Source: Myxine glutinosa | Taxonomy: Eukaryota | Strand: one strand, 5' to 3' | Assembly: GCF_040869285.1 (NCBI RefSeq) | Contig: NC_090432.1 | Length of the DNA: 64,000 nucleotides | In this document: positions 44,718 to 63,995 of the stretch, piece by piece | How positions within the stretch are numbered: the stretch's first letter is position 1 | Layout of the letters: every line of letters begins with the position of its first letter | Program-made: the position numbers and the translations under genes | The notes under the pieces: generated by a model | What the model was told of the DNA's origin: nothing | Database searches by the model: none | The model's input: only the letters and a program-made list of their open reading frames with translations

Positions 44718-45076
44718 GGAGCCTGGTGTTGGCTTAGCGGTTAGGGTGCCGGCTTGGGATCCCAGGATCCTGGGTTCGAATCCCGGCCGATCGCTGAATT
44801 AACACCAGGGGGTTGACTCAGCCTGTCATCCTTCGGAGGTCAGCAAATTGAGTACCAGCTTGCTGGGATGAATGATCACGGTGTGTACCCCGATTTAGAA
44901 TAGGTACACTGTATCCCTGCGCATCATAAGAGCGTGACCAAGGGTTGGCGTCAGGAAGGGCACCTGGCCATAAAAACATTGCCTCAAACAGGGAACCATG
45001 ATTGTCATGGGGCCCGTAAGTCTAACCCCCGCTCTAGCGGGGAAAATGGCCTTAAAACGATCATTCATTCATTCAT
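44718..45076 (+). mobile_element. tRNA-derived SINE, full length (359 bp), flanked by 13-bp TSD GTTAGTGATCATC (44705-44717 and 45077-45089)
   Basis: 5' tRNA-like head GGAGCCTGGTGTTGGCTTAGCGGTTAGGG...GGTTCGAATCCCGG with box A (TGGCTTAGCGG) and box B (GGTTCGAATCC). It has a unique body and a (CATT)n tail. This is an intronic insertion in PHAF1. Confidence 0.85.
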
Positions 45077-45101
45077 TGTTAGTGATCATCAAATTGGTGT
45101 C

Positions 45102-45295
45102 CAGGGTGGCCTGAAAGTCGCGTTACACCTCCCCGGCAAAGCATTCATTCTTGGATTTGTCGTCAGTACGATGGAGTGCATGCACATACAATGGCTGATT
45201 CGTTATTGTAAGTACTGCACGATAAAACATGTATATATAGAGTTTAAGAACGAATGCTTTACTGGGAAGGGGTAAAGCGACTTTCAGGCCACCCT
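45102..45295. mobile_element. 194-bp palindromic MITE with perfect 20-bp TIRs (CAGGGTGGCCTGAAAGTCGC)
   Basis: TIRs lie at 45102-45121 and, reverse-complemented, at 45276-45295. It sits 25 bp 3' of the SINE. Confidence 0.7.
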
Positions 45296-45470
45296 GCACA
45301 ACGTCAATTGCTGTAACTAATTCCCGTACATGCTTTTGCACAGTATCTGCTTTTGTATTGATTATGTGGTTAGGGTTAGTGCGATACAGCAGGGACAGGG
45401 TCAGCAACCTCTCGTACATGTGCCAAAGACTTCTGTTGTGAGATGTCACTGAAATAGAATAGGCACGTGG

Positions 45471-45992
45471 GCAGATCTTGCATGGCACGGGGACTCCCGG
45501 TGCGGATCTTGCATGGCACGGGGACTCCCGGTGCGGATCTTGCATGGCACGGGGACTCCCGGTGCGGATCTTGCACGGCACGGGGACTCCCGGTGCGGAT
45601 CTTGCACGGCACGGGGACTCCCGGTGCGGATCTTGCACGGCACGGGGACTCCCGGTGCGGATCTTGCACGGCACGGGGGCTCCCGGTGCGGATCTTGCAC
45701 GGCACGGGGACTCCCGGTGCGGATCTTGCACGGCACGGGGACTCCCGGTGCGGATCTTGCACGGCACGGGGACTCCCGGTGCGGATCTTGCACGGCACGG
45801 GGACTCCCGGTGCGGATCTTGCACGGCACGGGGAATCCCGGTGCGAATCTTGCACGGCACGGGGACTCCCGGTGCGGATCTTGCACGGCACGGGGAATCC
45901 CGGTGCGAATCTTGCACGGCACGGGGAATCCCGGTGCGAATCTTGCACGGCACTGGGAATCCCGGTGCGAATCTTGCACGGCCCGGAGACAT
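45471..45992. repeat. 31-bp minisatellite (cttgcacggcacggggactcccggtgcggat) x ~17
   Basis: Direct reading. Five overlapping long ORFs on both strands (45123..46108) are its translation artefacts. Confidence 0.95.
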
Positions 45993-46499
45993 CTTCTCCT
46001 CCATCTTCTCCTCCATCCTCTCCTCCATCCTCTCACCATCCTCTCACCATCCAACTAGCCAACCAACCCTCAATTTACCAGCATAATGTATTTAATTTGG
46101 AAACTTAAAAAATTGTTTTTTTTTTACAGTTGTGCTCATTGGGTTATATTAATACATTTTGACTTAGTTCATGGTACACTTCTGATTAGGCATACCATGC
46201 TGGTTGATTGACGGGCTTCCAGCAGCCATTGACTTCTTAACAGAAATCAAGGCTAATAGAAGTGCAGTGTAAATGGCAAAAAGACAATGGACAAGCAGTC
46301 GAACAACAGGTAAAAGCAGCAAGTAAGGGAATGAACGAACAGGAAAGATAAGGGGAGGAAATACAGCAACCTGCAAAACGATCTGGTTGGGGGTGATTGA
46401 AAGGGGTAACAAAGAATGCAGGTCGGGATGGAGAATGAAATGAGATTTTTTCTTCTTCTTCTTCACGCTGTAAGGCACATAAGGCTGCTGAAGTAGTTT

Positions 46500-47340
46500 C
46501 ATTGGCGAGGGGTTACAATGTCAGACAGGTCACCATTCTGGCTGATCTCCAAACATCAGTTTAGATTCTGTCCCACATATTCAACTCTGAGCATGCTGCT
46601 GTTCCTTAATAATGGCTGGAGGTGCTAAACATCAGAAAGATCAAACCGTCTACCTAGGCCCATTCTTATTCCTCATCTACATAAATGATCTCTCCAATGC
46701 TCTGGAAACCCTCTTCCTTTTTACAGATGATGCCACATAGTCATCCAGTGCCCCTTCCCAATGACAGACAGGCAGAAACGGAGTCACTTTCTGTTGATCT
46801 GTAATTGATTAGATGCTGGTCTGATAAATGGAACTTGACATATCTGTCTCAACCTGTGCTCCTGAAGCACTGTCAGACTAACTCACCTACCTATTTCCAT
46901 GGTGAGCCACTGGAATAGGTTCAGTCTCTTGAATGTTGAGGCCTCACAATCAGTCATGACCTCTCCTGAACTAACCACATAACAAAACTGACCTTCAAAT
47001 CCAACCACAGACTGAGCAGCATCCTTCATTCCAAGCCATTCCTTGAAAAATCCGAACTACCCTCAGCCTACAAAGCCTTTATCTGTAGCTACTGCTCTCC
47101 TGTTTGAGCTAGCACCCCAGTATCACATCTCTTTCCTAGTATCTGTGGAATGTAAAGCTCTCAGCATTCTTGGCATCTCCTGCAATGAGGCCAAAGCACA
47201 GACGACTTGTCTCACATTGCAGATGGGTCATAGCCTCTGTTTTTTGGGGGGGTTTTCAACCACATCTTTTCCAGTCCAACAACCTCTGCACACTTATCCT
47301 CTGAGCCCTCCGATCTGGGGCACCATGCTCTAGTCTAGGG
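46500..47340 (+). pseudogene. Degenerate CR1/L2-like RT fragment (same family as 11795-13970) with many stops
   Basis: GPILFLIYINDLSNALETLFLFTDDAT and downstream ...AYKAFICSYCSP... are collinear with GPVLFLVFINDLSDSLENPLYLIADDST...TYKAFIRSSMEYCSP. Confidence 0.65.
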
Positions 47341-47689
47341 GAATATAGTGCTCCATTGAGGTATGGATGCAGCTGTGAGTAATTCTGAATTTTCAAGTAA
47401 TTACTTGGAATGATGGAGGATATGAAGTTTGTAGTTGCTTTTCAGGGCTTATGGTAATGCCTATAACCTCAAGAGACTGAAGCTCAGAGCAGCTGACTTT
47501 TGGAAATAGATACATTTAACAAGCCTTCCGGAACACCAACATGAAACAAGATGTGCCTCGGTTGAAATAAGTCTCGTTTGTTAGACCAGCATCTGATCAA
47601 TTCCAGAGCAGAACGAAGTGTCGCAACTGCTGCCTGCCTGCCGGTGGGATGTCGTACTATGTGATAATGTGGTTATCTACCTAAAGGAG

Positions 47690-47692
<3 letters not shown>

Positions 47693-47741
<49 letters not shown>

Positions 47742-47748
47742 TCACGTG
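47693..47748. repeat. (AT)n microsatellite
   Basis: Direct reading. Confidence 0.9.
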
Positions 47749-47849
47749 AAAAAGTAAGGACACCCCATGTAAAGTTTTGACTTTTTCAACATATTTCAAC
47801 ATACAGCTATTTCATCTTCATTTCAACAATATTGATAGATAAAGGTGGG

Positions 47850-53922
<6,073 letters not shown>

Positions 53923-53939
53923 TCACCTTGTCCTCTTCT

Positions 53940-54635
53940 TCTTGAACTCGGGGGGAGGGGGGAGGGGGGAAGGGCGAGAGGGGGGGGAGGGGGGAGGGGG
54001 GGAGGGGGAGGACGGAGGGGGAAGGGGGAAGGGGGAGGGCCAGTCAACAATGACGTTGCAGTTCTCATGGTCGGAGAGCAGCACAACAATCGCGACATCG
54101 TCATGCATCTTCGAAAGAGCACGAAGCGGCTTTTGGAGACTCGCCGATCCTGTGACCCACGTCCTCCAGTACCGGCGTTGCCGGGCGGGGGAAGGGAGAC
54201 CCGCACATTCCCAACCCGTACATTCGCCCTCTCGACTCAAGCTCGTATTCGATTCGTATTCGAAATTGAAAGGGGAAATCCTTCGTATTTGAATTCGTAA
54301 ACACGAAATATGAATTAAAATTTAATTCATATCGCACAAAATCGACACAAAACACGGTCGCATAAAGGTGAAAAAACGCAATGGCTTTTCGCCCTGAATT
54401 ACGTGCAAACGTGTGACGGGATGGAACATCACGTGATCGCTCTGAGCGAATCAGCGAGCTGCTCGCACTGGCTGAGATTAGCGGGTACTTCACTGAAATG
54501 CGCTGAGGTAAATATGAATAAAAAATATGGATCTCGTCAAATATTGTCTCGGCCATGTTCGTCCCAGGCTCAATGGCCATGTCTATGCCAAATATCAAGC
54601 ACGTGAGCCTCTCCGTTTCGGAGTCTATCGGTAAC

Positions 54636-54699
<64 letters not shown>

Positions 54700-54700
54700 T
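53940..54700 (-). repeat. Solo arm of the foldback/inverted-repeat family (shorter variant) with terminal (CA)n at 54636-54697
   Basis: 53950-54230 matches 22440-22920 and 54400-54640 matches 23040-23848, including ggccatgttc.tcccagg.tcaatggccatgtctatgccaaatatcaagcacgtgagcctctccgttt. The middle segment differs. Confidence 0.7.
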
Positions 54701-54708
54701 TGTATATA

Positions 54709-55777
54709 CAGTCGTCCCTCGCTATATCGCGGTTCACTTTTCGCGGCTTCGGTACATCGCGGGTTTTTCTCGCTAGTATATGTAAGATTATATCGCGGAT
54801 TTTTCGCTATATCGCGGGATTTTTCGGTATAAATGTATTTTTATATACTATTATTTTAAATATTTTTGTGGTAAAATAAGCATTTTCTAGCCTAAAAAAT
54901 AAAAAAACGTAAAAAAATAAGAAAAATACAGTATTGAAAACATATTACAAGAAATAAAATACTGTACATAGTGTACAGTAGAAGAGTAGACAAAGAGACA
55001 AAGAGTCGTGCGTATGGAAAACGCAGATGCGGCAGCTGCCACTTGCGCTAGTTACCCACGTAATGGGTAACTGTAATGCTCTTTCTGGCTGTGCAGTACA
55101 TTCATCATCGTCATCACCTTCATCGTCATCAGTACTGCACAGCTAATTCATCATCATCTTCATCACGCAAGTTGTAGTATTGAAGAGCCGGGGCTCTTGC
55201 TTGATACGGACGAAATGACAGGCAAGACACAAACTCGTCCGAGAAGATATTTATTCTCAAAACCAACTCGGGAACACTGAAAAGCCTGTTTATCGGGCTG
55301 AATTATAAAGCACAACCAGAAACCGAAAGCCACGCCTCTCAAGCGTGGCGTGCTTGGTGGTCACGTGATCAACAGGTGTAGCTGATTATACCCGCACGCG
55401 CGGCACGCTTTGGCGGTCACGTGACCAGCCACTCTGGCGCCGGGGATCCCCGCCGGTGACATCACCGGCTGGAGCAAGGAGATTCTAATGCTGGTCTTGC
55501 TTGGGGAACCCATGGGTCGCTACAGTATCTTCAATGGTGAGTACCCATTAGAATTTTATATGTTGTTAAAATTACGTATGTTTAAGAGTGTAAAAAGTGT
55601 TTAAGAGTATAGGAAGTGTTTATAAGAGTATGGGAAAGGTTAATAAGAGTGTGGGGAGGGTCATAAAGCTTTAAAATATATATAAATAATAAAATAAAAA
55701 TATGGTCGCTACTTCGCGGATTTTCGTCTATCGTTCGTTTCTGGAACGTAACCCCCGCGATAAACGAGGGATCACTG
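54709..55777. mobile_element. Non-autonomous Tc1/mariner-like TIR element (1.07 kb), TA-flanked
   Basis: Left TIR is CAGTCGTCCCTCGCTATATCGCGG. The reverse complement of the right end is CAGTGATCCCTCGTTTATCGCGG. TA occurs immediately outside both ends. There is no ORF. Confidence 0.65.
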
Positions 55778-55802
55778 TATATATATATATATACATACAC
55801 AC

Positions 55803-56966
55803 ACAGCAATACCCCGGCCTACGTCATTAATTCGTTCCATAAGCCGTGACGTAACTCGGTTTTTGACGTAAACCGGGTGTAATGCCTTAAAATGAAGACA
55901 AACACCGTAAAACTCGAGTAAATAACTGGAGGAGGCTGCGGCTTCGCTCTGAATCTTTGCCGCTCCCCGTTGGGAGTCCCTCCGTTGTTTTCTATCAGTC
56001 GGTTTTCTCCTTGAACGGGGTGACCGGCACGGACGTGTCAACCGTGAGCGGGCTTGTGTGCCGAGTGGCTCCGCGGCCCGCTTCACCACGGCGTGCTTTA
56101 CCCAACGTGAGCAGTTTCATCGGTGGTCGTGTCGTGTCGTCTGTGACGAACGAACGAGCTCAGGATTCAGTGAACTTGGCCGCCCAGGGGATCGACGCTC
56201 GCCTCCTAGTCGTAGACGTGCCCCGTCTTTCCTCGAGCGGCCGAAGTTGCGTGCTTCTTTTTTTTTGGACGATGCGATATACGCAGAAACGATGTACAGG
56301 TAGGGATTTGCAAATCCATGCACATGTGCACATGCACACGTCGATCGGTTCATCGATGCCGGATGCCGGCGAGGTGCCCGACGAGGCACCCCGGCTCGAG
56401 GCATGACACGGTCGTTCGTTTCACATGGGCCATGGGCCCTGGGGCCTGACCTCGTCGCGGACACTGCACACTCTGCACGGTGACGTGACGTGACGTCTGC
56501 CGCGGACGGTCGTCCGAGCCGGCATCATCGTCATGTTTCGCCGTTACCACGTTGCGTTGGTTGTTTTACACAGTAAAGGAATAATCACAAAAATAACAGC
56601 GAAATGCAAAGCAAGCACGCGACCGCAGCACAGGACAAAATGCATATGGCGTTGCCTTTGTTTTGAATGAGAACCAGCAGCTACGCGTACGTATACGTAC
56701 ATTTTTTAACCAGCAGCTATGCGTACGTATACGTACATTTTAAAAATATTTTAAATGTGCTTTTTATTGTATTTTAAATTGTTTTTTAGCTTCTTTTATT
56801 GTTAATTTTTATGTACTATTTTATTTATTTTAAATATATTTTTTTCACATCCTCCTATTATGATGTAGGAGTGACGTAAAGTCGCACATAATGACGTTCG
56901 CTGAACTGAAATTTACTCTAGAAGAGTGGCGTTAGGTTGAAATGGTGTAAAACGGGGTATTGCTGT
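55803..56966. mobile_element. Second TA-flanked TIR element (~1.16 kb) with ~14-bp TIR ACAGCAATACCCCG
   Basis: 55803-55816 reads acagcaataccccg. 56953-56966 reads cggggtattgctgt. It is embedded in (TA)n, and the GC-rich interior lacks convincing ORFs. Confidence 0.4.
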
Positions 56967-56967
56967 A

Positions 56968-57116
<149 letters not shown>

Positions 57117-57449
57117 GTGTTCCTGGGGATTAAGATCCTCCAAGGTGACGGGTAGCCGATCGAGCTTTACACTCCGAGGCGTTCAATCCAATGGCAGTGT
57201 GAATACGTGCAGGGGAGGAGGGCAGCGAAGGGTAGCGAAGCTCTTACTTGTACGGATCCCACTGGACATCTTCGACCCTGTTAATCAACTCGACCCAACA
57301 TGGAATTAAAATGTACAATAAAAAGGTTTAATAAAAAATAATGCCAGAGACAAATAAATGCACAATAAAACCAAGATTTATAATCGAGGGACCCTCCATA
57401 CGGACTCATAAAACAACACAAGGGGAAAAAGAACAAAGTATAAATGTGT

Positions 57450-57831
57450 GTTTGTGTACTTAGCTCTGGTCCCCTTGATCGTCCGGGATCGTCACAGGCC
57501 CCCGCGTCCCTGCGTGGGAAAACACACGCCCTGGCACGAAGTCCGTACACGGGAAACCAGGTCTTGGCACGCAGTTCGTTCCTCCATCCGCAAAGCGCAA
57601 AGTGAGCAGGTCATGCCCGTCCACTCGCCCAACATGTCCCACGTTCGGGACATGTTGGGACGACAAATTGCGAAGATGGTCCCTCCAATAGCCAATCTGG
57701 ATGAATTGGAACGTGCATTACATCGGGAATGGAACAACCTGCCACAGCAACGCATACGACGGCTTACAGGGTCTATGAGACGTAGGGTTGAGTCAGTGAT
57801 CCGATCACGTGGGTCCTACACACGTTATTGA
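57450..57831 (+). pseudogene. Tc1/mariner transposase C-terminal fragment
   Basis: ...MPVHSPNMSHVRDMLGRQIAKMVPPIANLDELERALHREWNNLPQQRIRRLTGSMRRRVESVIRSRGSYTRY* compares with the canonical Tc1 C-terminus ...SPDLNPIE.LW..L......NL.EL...L.EEW..IP...I..L..SM.RR...VI.A.GG.T.Y. Confidence 0.75.
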
Positions 57832-58149
57832 CGCAAAGATCGCTAGAGGTCCTCTCAGAACAATGACTGTACGTTAGAAAACATAAACGTCATCCACACT
57901 GTCCGTGATGGACCTATAGCTCCATACTTAAATTGAGGTGAAAATATGCCTAAAATTCCCAAAAAATTTCACCTTAAATTATTCAGAATAAAATATTGAA
58001 AACGGCATGATTGTTATGTTTTTATGTGACCATAATATCACTTCTCCAGAAAATATAGCAATAACATGGGTATATTACACTGTTTTGACGACAACAAACT
58101 TGTAATGTGCGAGGTTGTAAAAAAACGGGGGGGGGTGCTTAACTTAATT

Positions 58150-58388
<239 letters not shown>

Positions 58389-59226
58389 ACGGATCTCGGG
58401 GGTCGGCGCTCCCCTTATCAAGGGGGGATTAATCCCCTTGTCCTTTATGCTGGCCGTCCCGAGCGCTGGGAAGCTATAACGTCCTTCCCGGCGTGGCGTT
58501 AGGTAGGGTTTGCTAGACCTATGGGTTTGCTGCTACCTAAGTACTAACGCCCGCCGGAAACGAGGGAATAACTCCCGCTCGAACCACGGATATGATGGAT
58601 AATGCCGAGCGGTTAGCAATCCGCGGCCCGAGCCATTAAACAAGAGACTAAACCCGATTCTAGCGGTTCCGAAATCGTGCCACAGGTACTCAATTGAAAG
58701 AAAAGACGGAGGCGATCAGATTAGGGAAAAACCAAGAAAGAACAAGGTGAATTTATTTACAACCAAAAAGAAGAGGAAAGGAAAGAATGTACAAAAAGAA
58801 GAAGGACACAGTGTAGGCTTAACTACACAGTCTTAACTTACGACCCCAGACAAACATACACACTCACACGGGATTGTAGCTGGTAGGGTGGGAGGTCCAG
58901 GTAGATGTTCCAGGCGATGGGGTCCAGGCTCCAGTTGAGGCTCCGGTTCCGTGGGCGAAAACCCGGCAGGCAGCTTCGCGCGTATCATTCGACGCGAGCG
59001 GACCTTACATATGGCGGGGGGGAAGGCTCGTGTCCTTTAGCGTGTCACAGATGGACGGTCGTGCTAAACGCTCCCTCTCTCTCTCCAATTCTCATTCAGC
59101 GCCAGCGAGTGAGTCCCCCCTTTTCCAATGTGCGCTCCGTATCAAAAGCAGTTCCTCACAATAGGCGCGCCTCCAACAAGTCCTTTACAACCAGCCGTCT
59201 CCGCGCAGTCCTCAAGTCCGTAATAG

Positions 59227-62180
59227 GGCTTTGCGCGCGCTCTTTTATAACGCGCTTTAAGATCACTACGCGCTTCATCAAGCCACACCCGCCAGTGATA
59301 TTTCATCAGCCCTGGTTGGCTGGGGGGGGCTTACCGGCCACGCCTTTGATGGTGAGTTGACGTGGCCACACCTTGTTCCTGGCGCTCCACCCCCTTCTTC
59401 CTCGAGCCGACCGCATACCATTGTTGCCAGCGGTGTCAATGGTGGCGCCTGAGCGAACACTAACCAAGGCGCGCAACAGAATTTGGAGAGAGGTCGCAAA
59501 ATGAACAAAAGGGCCTACTCCTTATTTGATTGATGCAATGCAGATTCAACTATTGGAAACACGGCCTTATCTAAAACACATAATAAGGAAATAACCGAGT
59601 TCCTATGGTGGCCTACGTGTTGCTTGTGGACTAACTAGGGGTGCAACCTTTAACCTTTAATGTCATGGGATATTTACAAGTAATTATTTATTTACAAGTG
59701 TGGGTTCTAAAACCGCAACACTGCACCCTCCCTTTTTCCAGGCTCGTCCTGAGCCGAAACAAAAGGAACTATCTTTTAACTTAATGTGACACTTAGGTCT
59801 GGTTACCCTCTACTTTTAACCTCACCCTGAGTGCGACAGTTTTAACACTAAATATGTCCCACCTGCTGCGTTGCATCCTATCTAACCGACTCACGCCCAC
59901 AATTAACTGAATTACGGAATTGTCTTCAAACTAAACATTTAGCCAGTGGGGAGCATTATTTACAAAAACACTAATTATTTACAAACTGTCACCCAGGACC
60001 TGTCTTTTGTGGGAAGAAAAATATCTTTTTGAGAAGGGGAAAAATACCACTGCCATGCACTGCACCGATACACCAATAAAGAAATGCATCAATAAGCACC
60101 ATCATCCACACAAAAAGTACCAAAATGCACAGTCATCACATTTTTAAAATAATAAATGATGACGTCTTCTTTTTCTCTGCTCTGCTGGGCCGATGTTTCT
60201 GGTTGTCTTCTTGCTTGATGTTAATTTTAATAAGAAAGGGCACAAACCGCGTCCGCTTTTTATTATTGATTTGGCCAGCAGGGCCAACTCCGGTGGTCCA
60301 CTGCTGGGCATGGGTGCCACTTTAAAACAGTGGTCCGCAAGGCAGACACCACTGGCATCAATGGTCGGTCCCAGCAGAGACGCCAGGCCACAGAACGTGT
60401 GGTCCATAAGGTGCTAGGCCACAGAACGTGTGGTCCATAAGGTGCTAGGCCACAGAACGTGTGGTCCATAAGGTGCTAGGCCACAGAACGTGTGGTCCAT
60501 AAGGTGCTAGGCCACAGAACGTGTGGTCCATATGTGGTGCCAGGCCACAGAACGTGTGGTCCATATGGTGCATCAGTGCAGGCAGGAGGCAGCAACGGTG
60601 CGGGCGCACAACTGCGGCACCTGCACAATTCCCCCGGGCACAAAAGAACAAGGCCCATGAGTGGGGAAGGAAGGACAAGCAGATCAGCGGGCAGGGGCGC
60701 AAGGGTACACATCAAATCAAAGCAATGCAACATGAAGGGCGCGGGAGAGCGAGCTGAGAAAGCTCGTCCCTAGCGTTCGTCACCCCCCATGTCACCTACC
60801 CTACCCTTGCCCTTACCCGTATTTACACAATTTACAACTTTACAAATTCGTCGCTATTGTCTCGTCCCCCATATTTCCCCTCATGCCAAATTCGTTACCA
60901 ATCCCTCCCAAAAAGGAAGGGATGGAATTACATACAATGTCACACTCCGTCATGATGCGTCTTACATTCCAAATGCTTGCAAAATCTGGTGTGGAGTTCT
61001 ATCACCTGGGTGAGTGGATGCAGATGGTGCGAAGAGATTTTCATCCTAGCTATTTCCTAAATGACATTAACACAGTTAAACTACCCGGGGTCTTGCCCTG
61101 CCAATCCATTGGCCATCTTTACTCTATGTGGTTCTAAAAACCAAATTCCCATTGACCAGTCTGTGGTGCACTCCAATTTGGGGTCTCACTCCCCCGGTTT
61201 TTCAACCTGTGCCCTCGCACAATTTCAGGGCTGGGTCGTGTGGCTCACCAGCAGGTCCGCTCACCTGCACACCTCCGCCACTGCAGTTGCCACCCGAGCT
61301 TACCGAGCGCCTTCCTATCCTAACCTGGGGAAGGCCCTCTGGCTTCCTTACCCCACCAATGCCCCCTCTGGCATCGGGCTACCCGGGTCCTCTCTCGGGA
61401 TCCACGGGCCCCACTGAACTCTACTTGGCTCCCAGAGCCTACCTGCGGCCTCACCTGGCCGACAGACTACCAGTGGCGGAGTGCTCAACTAACCATACTC
61501 ACTAACAGGCCACACGCCCAGCCATTCCATACACTCATGCACCAAACAAAACACTTCTTCCTACTACCCGCACCACAGATGTCATTCTCCAACCACAATT
61601 TACCTACTCCCTCGACCTAACTTTAATCTACCCTCCCCGGGTACTCGTGAAAGGGTCCATCCTTCCCCCATCCACTCCTTCGCACCATACACTCCACTCC
61701 ACGTATTCCACACTACTCACTCCACACCATTTATCCCACACACCTGTACTTCACTTGCACATCATGCAAGTCAATCACTCAACACACACACACATCTTTC
61801 ACAAGCATTGCCTCATTTCAACAAGCTCACCGGGAATCTCATTCCAATTCCTCATTTCATGCGAAACCTCATGCTCACACATACAGCATCATTTAAGCTA
61901 TCTACTCCCTTCTAAAACTCGTGCTTCCCCGTCATCCCTTTATACTACTGCACTCCCTCGTCGTTATCATCCAACTACTCTACTCTATGTCCCCACTACC
62001 TGTACAAAAGTCACTACTTAAATCTCGGTCACCTATGGTCATCTTTCTAAATTCTATCATTATCCTAACCCTCCCGGGCTAGCTCTCGCCGCCAAACCCC
62101 ATAAAACTACTGCTCCTTTGCCCAAAGATACGATGTGAGGGATGGTAGATCTACCATCCCTCTACACCGTATACCATTCG
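59227..62180 (-). mobile_element. Coiled-coil-ORF repeat unit, copy 3 (partial: only the non-ORF half)
   Basis: 59227-60010 matches 47990-48800 and 60800-62175 matches 49640-51010. It is truncated at ~62180, where a different element begins. Confidence 0.65.
60388..60573. repeat. 29-bp minisatellite (ccacagaacgtgtggtccataaggtgctagg) x ~6 inside copy 3
   Basis: Copy 2 (49180-49260) and copy 1 (9750-9900, reverse complement) have only ~2 degenerate units at the same place. Confidence 0.85.
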
Positions 62181-62317
62181 CCATTACTATCACTATTCCA
62201 GTCCACTATTCTGAGCCTCTCGTGCGGTAAATACAATTTTACTGCTCGGCTTCGAAAAGCCGGCATTGCGTGCGGATGGTCAGTCTCCTGCAGGTTAGGT
62301 CCGTCCAGCATGTCGAT

Positions 62318-63019
62318 TCAGGGGAGGAGGTTTTGTCGGGCCAAGACTCCAGGCACCATCTCTATGCAGGTTGAACACCATGTCATTACTTCACGTGGAA
62401 CCCTATCGAATGCTTTCTCCAGATCAACAAACCCAAGAAACAACTTCTTCCTCTTCTCCATGTACTTCTGCTGCACCTGCCTCACAATGAAAAGCGCGTC
62501 TGTCGTTCCTCTTCCTGGCATAAATCCAAACTGCATTTTGTCGATCTTCACTTTCTTCCTTATCCTCCTCTCCAACACCCTTTCCAATACCTTCATTCCA
62601 TGCTCCAATAACTTTATCGCTCGGTACGAGCCACACTCCAGAGGGTCACCTTTCCCCTTGTATAGAGGGACGAGGGTACTCGGTTCCCAATCCACTGGAA
62701 TGCGGCCTTCTTTCACCACCAGATTACAGATCTCTGTCTTTCTCTTCACACCCCAACTTCCTGCTGCCTTCAACATATCTCCCACAACTCCCGTCAGCCC
62801 TCCCGCTTTTCTACTCTTCATTGCTTTTATCGCTTCCTCAACTTCCATCTCAGTTATCTTCTCTGCCGGTCCTAAAACTGGGTTACTCTCTATGTTGCCA
62901 TCCCATTCATTCTCTGTATTCAACAGCATTTCCATATATCTTTTCCATCTTCCTTTAATTCCATCTGGGTCCACAACGATTTGTCCCACTTCATCCTTCA
63001 AGCAACTCACCCCCATCAC
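62318..63019 (-). CDS. Non-LTR retrotransposon RT, N-terminal half (motifs 0-2), 3'-truncated
   Basis: GSYRAIKLLEHGMKVLERVL, FGFMPGRGTTDALF and FVDLEKAFDRVPREV. Confidence 0.8.
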   Translation of the reverse strand: MMGVSCLKDEVGQIVVDPDGIKGRWKRYMEMLLNTENEWDGNIESNPVLGPAEKITEMEVEEAIKAMKSRKAGGLTGVVGDMLKAAGSWGVKRKTEICNLVVKEGRIPVDWEPSTLVPLYKGKGDPLECGSYRAIKLLEHGMKVLERVLERRIRKKVKIDKMQFGFMPGRGTTDALFIVRQVQQKYMEKRKKLFLGFVDLEKAFDRVPREVMTWCSTCIEMVPGVLARQNLLP

Positions 63020-63020
63020 A

Positions 63021-63995
63021 TCACACCTCTTTCGCTATCTGCTTTGCAATCCTGAATACCGCTCTCTGACCCTCTTCCCAATCCAAGCGTTCTCCGAACA
63101 TTTTCTTACATGCTTCCTGCGCCTTTGCTACCTTTTTCTTTGCAGCCTTCTTGGCTGCCTTATAACATTCATGCTCTGCTTTTTCTGCTCCCGTACCCTT
63201 CGCCTTCTGCCACTCCTTGAACTTCTTCCTCTTCTCGTCAATCTTCTTTCCAACTTCATCATCCCACCACCATGTTTCCGAGTGCCTCGGTTGTCCTTTT
63301 GTCCATCCACATACCTCACCAACGGCTCCCAACAGACTATCTTTCATTGACATCCATCCACTTTCAAGCTCAACCACATCCTCAACCATACTCAGCCTCT
63401 CTTTTAATGCCTCCCTCACTGTCACCTCTTTCAACCTCCACACCTTAATTCTCGGTTGGTACTTCACCCGCCGAGCTCTCCTCACACCTTTCACCCTTAT
63501 GTCGCAGACAACCAAGTGGTGATGTGAAACAGCCTCCTCCCCCTGGATCAACTTTGTGTCCCGGAGGTGCCCCCTATCTCGCCTATGCACCACCAGGTAG
63601 TCAATGGTTGTCGTCGACCCACCTGACGTGTATGTAACAAGCTTATTATGATCTTTCTGGAACTGAGTATTACAAATCGACAAACCAGCTCCATCAGCAA
63701 ACTCCAAAATCCTTTCACCTTCTCCATTTCTCACACCATATCTGTAACCTCCATGAACTCCCTCAAAACCGTCCATACTCCTTCCCACATGTCCATTTAG
63801 GTCTCCTCCTACCACAACAACTTCCTTATCTTTCACGTTTTCCATCAGCTTCTCTGTTGCACACCAGAACTTGTCCTTCTCTTCATCGCTCCGACCAACC
63901 TGTGGAGCATATCCTGAGATGACGTTCACCAAGAGCTTTCCAATCATCATTTTCACCATCATCAACCTTTCACTCACTCCAGTAACACTCACCAC
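63021..63995 (-). CDS. Non-LTR retrotransposon apurinic/apyrimidinic-like endonuclease (EEP) domain plus linker; continues past the window end
   Basis: VISGYAPQ, GGDLNGHVG, TTIDYLVV, then a K/E-rich linker. It is in the same element as the RT at 62318-63019. Confidence 0.8.
   Translation of the reverse strand: MVSVTGVSERLMMVKMMIGKLLVNVISGYAPQVGRSDEEKDKFWCATEKLMENVKDKEVVVVGGDLNGHVGRSMDGFEGVHGGYRYGVRNGEGERILEFADGAGLSICNTQFQKDHNKLVTYTSGGSTTTIDYLVVHRRDRGHLRDTKLIQGEEAVSHHHLVVCDIRVKGVRRARRVKYQPRIKVWRLKEVTVREALKERLSMVEDVVELESGWMSMKDSLLGAVGEVCGWTKGQPRHSETWWWDDEVGKKIDEKRKKFKEWQKAKGTGAEKAEHECYKAAKKAAKKKVAKAQEACKKMFGERLDWEEGQRAVFRIAKQIAKEV

Noticed and set aside
45123-46108. Five overlapping 180-300-aa ORFs on both strands (…GLPVRILHGTGTPGADLARHGDSRCGSC…)
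   Set aside because: They are produced by the 31-bp minisatellite. The 31-aa periodicity in three frames is diagnostic of a repeat artefact.
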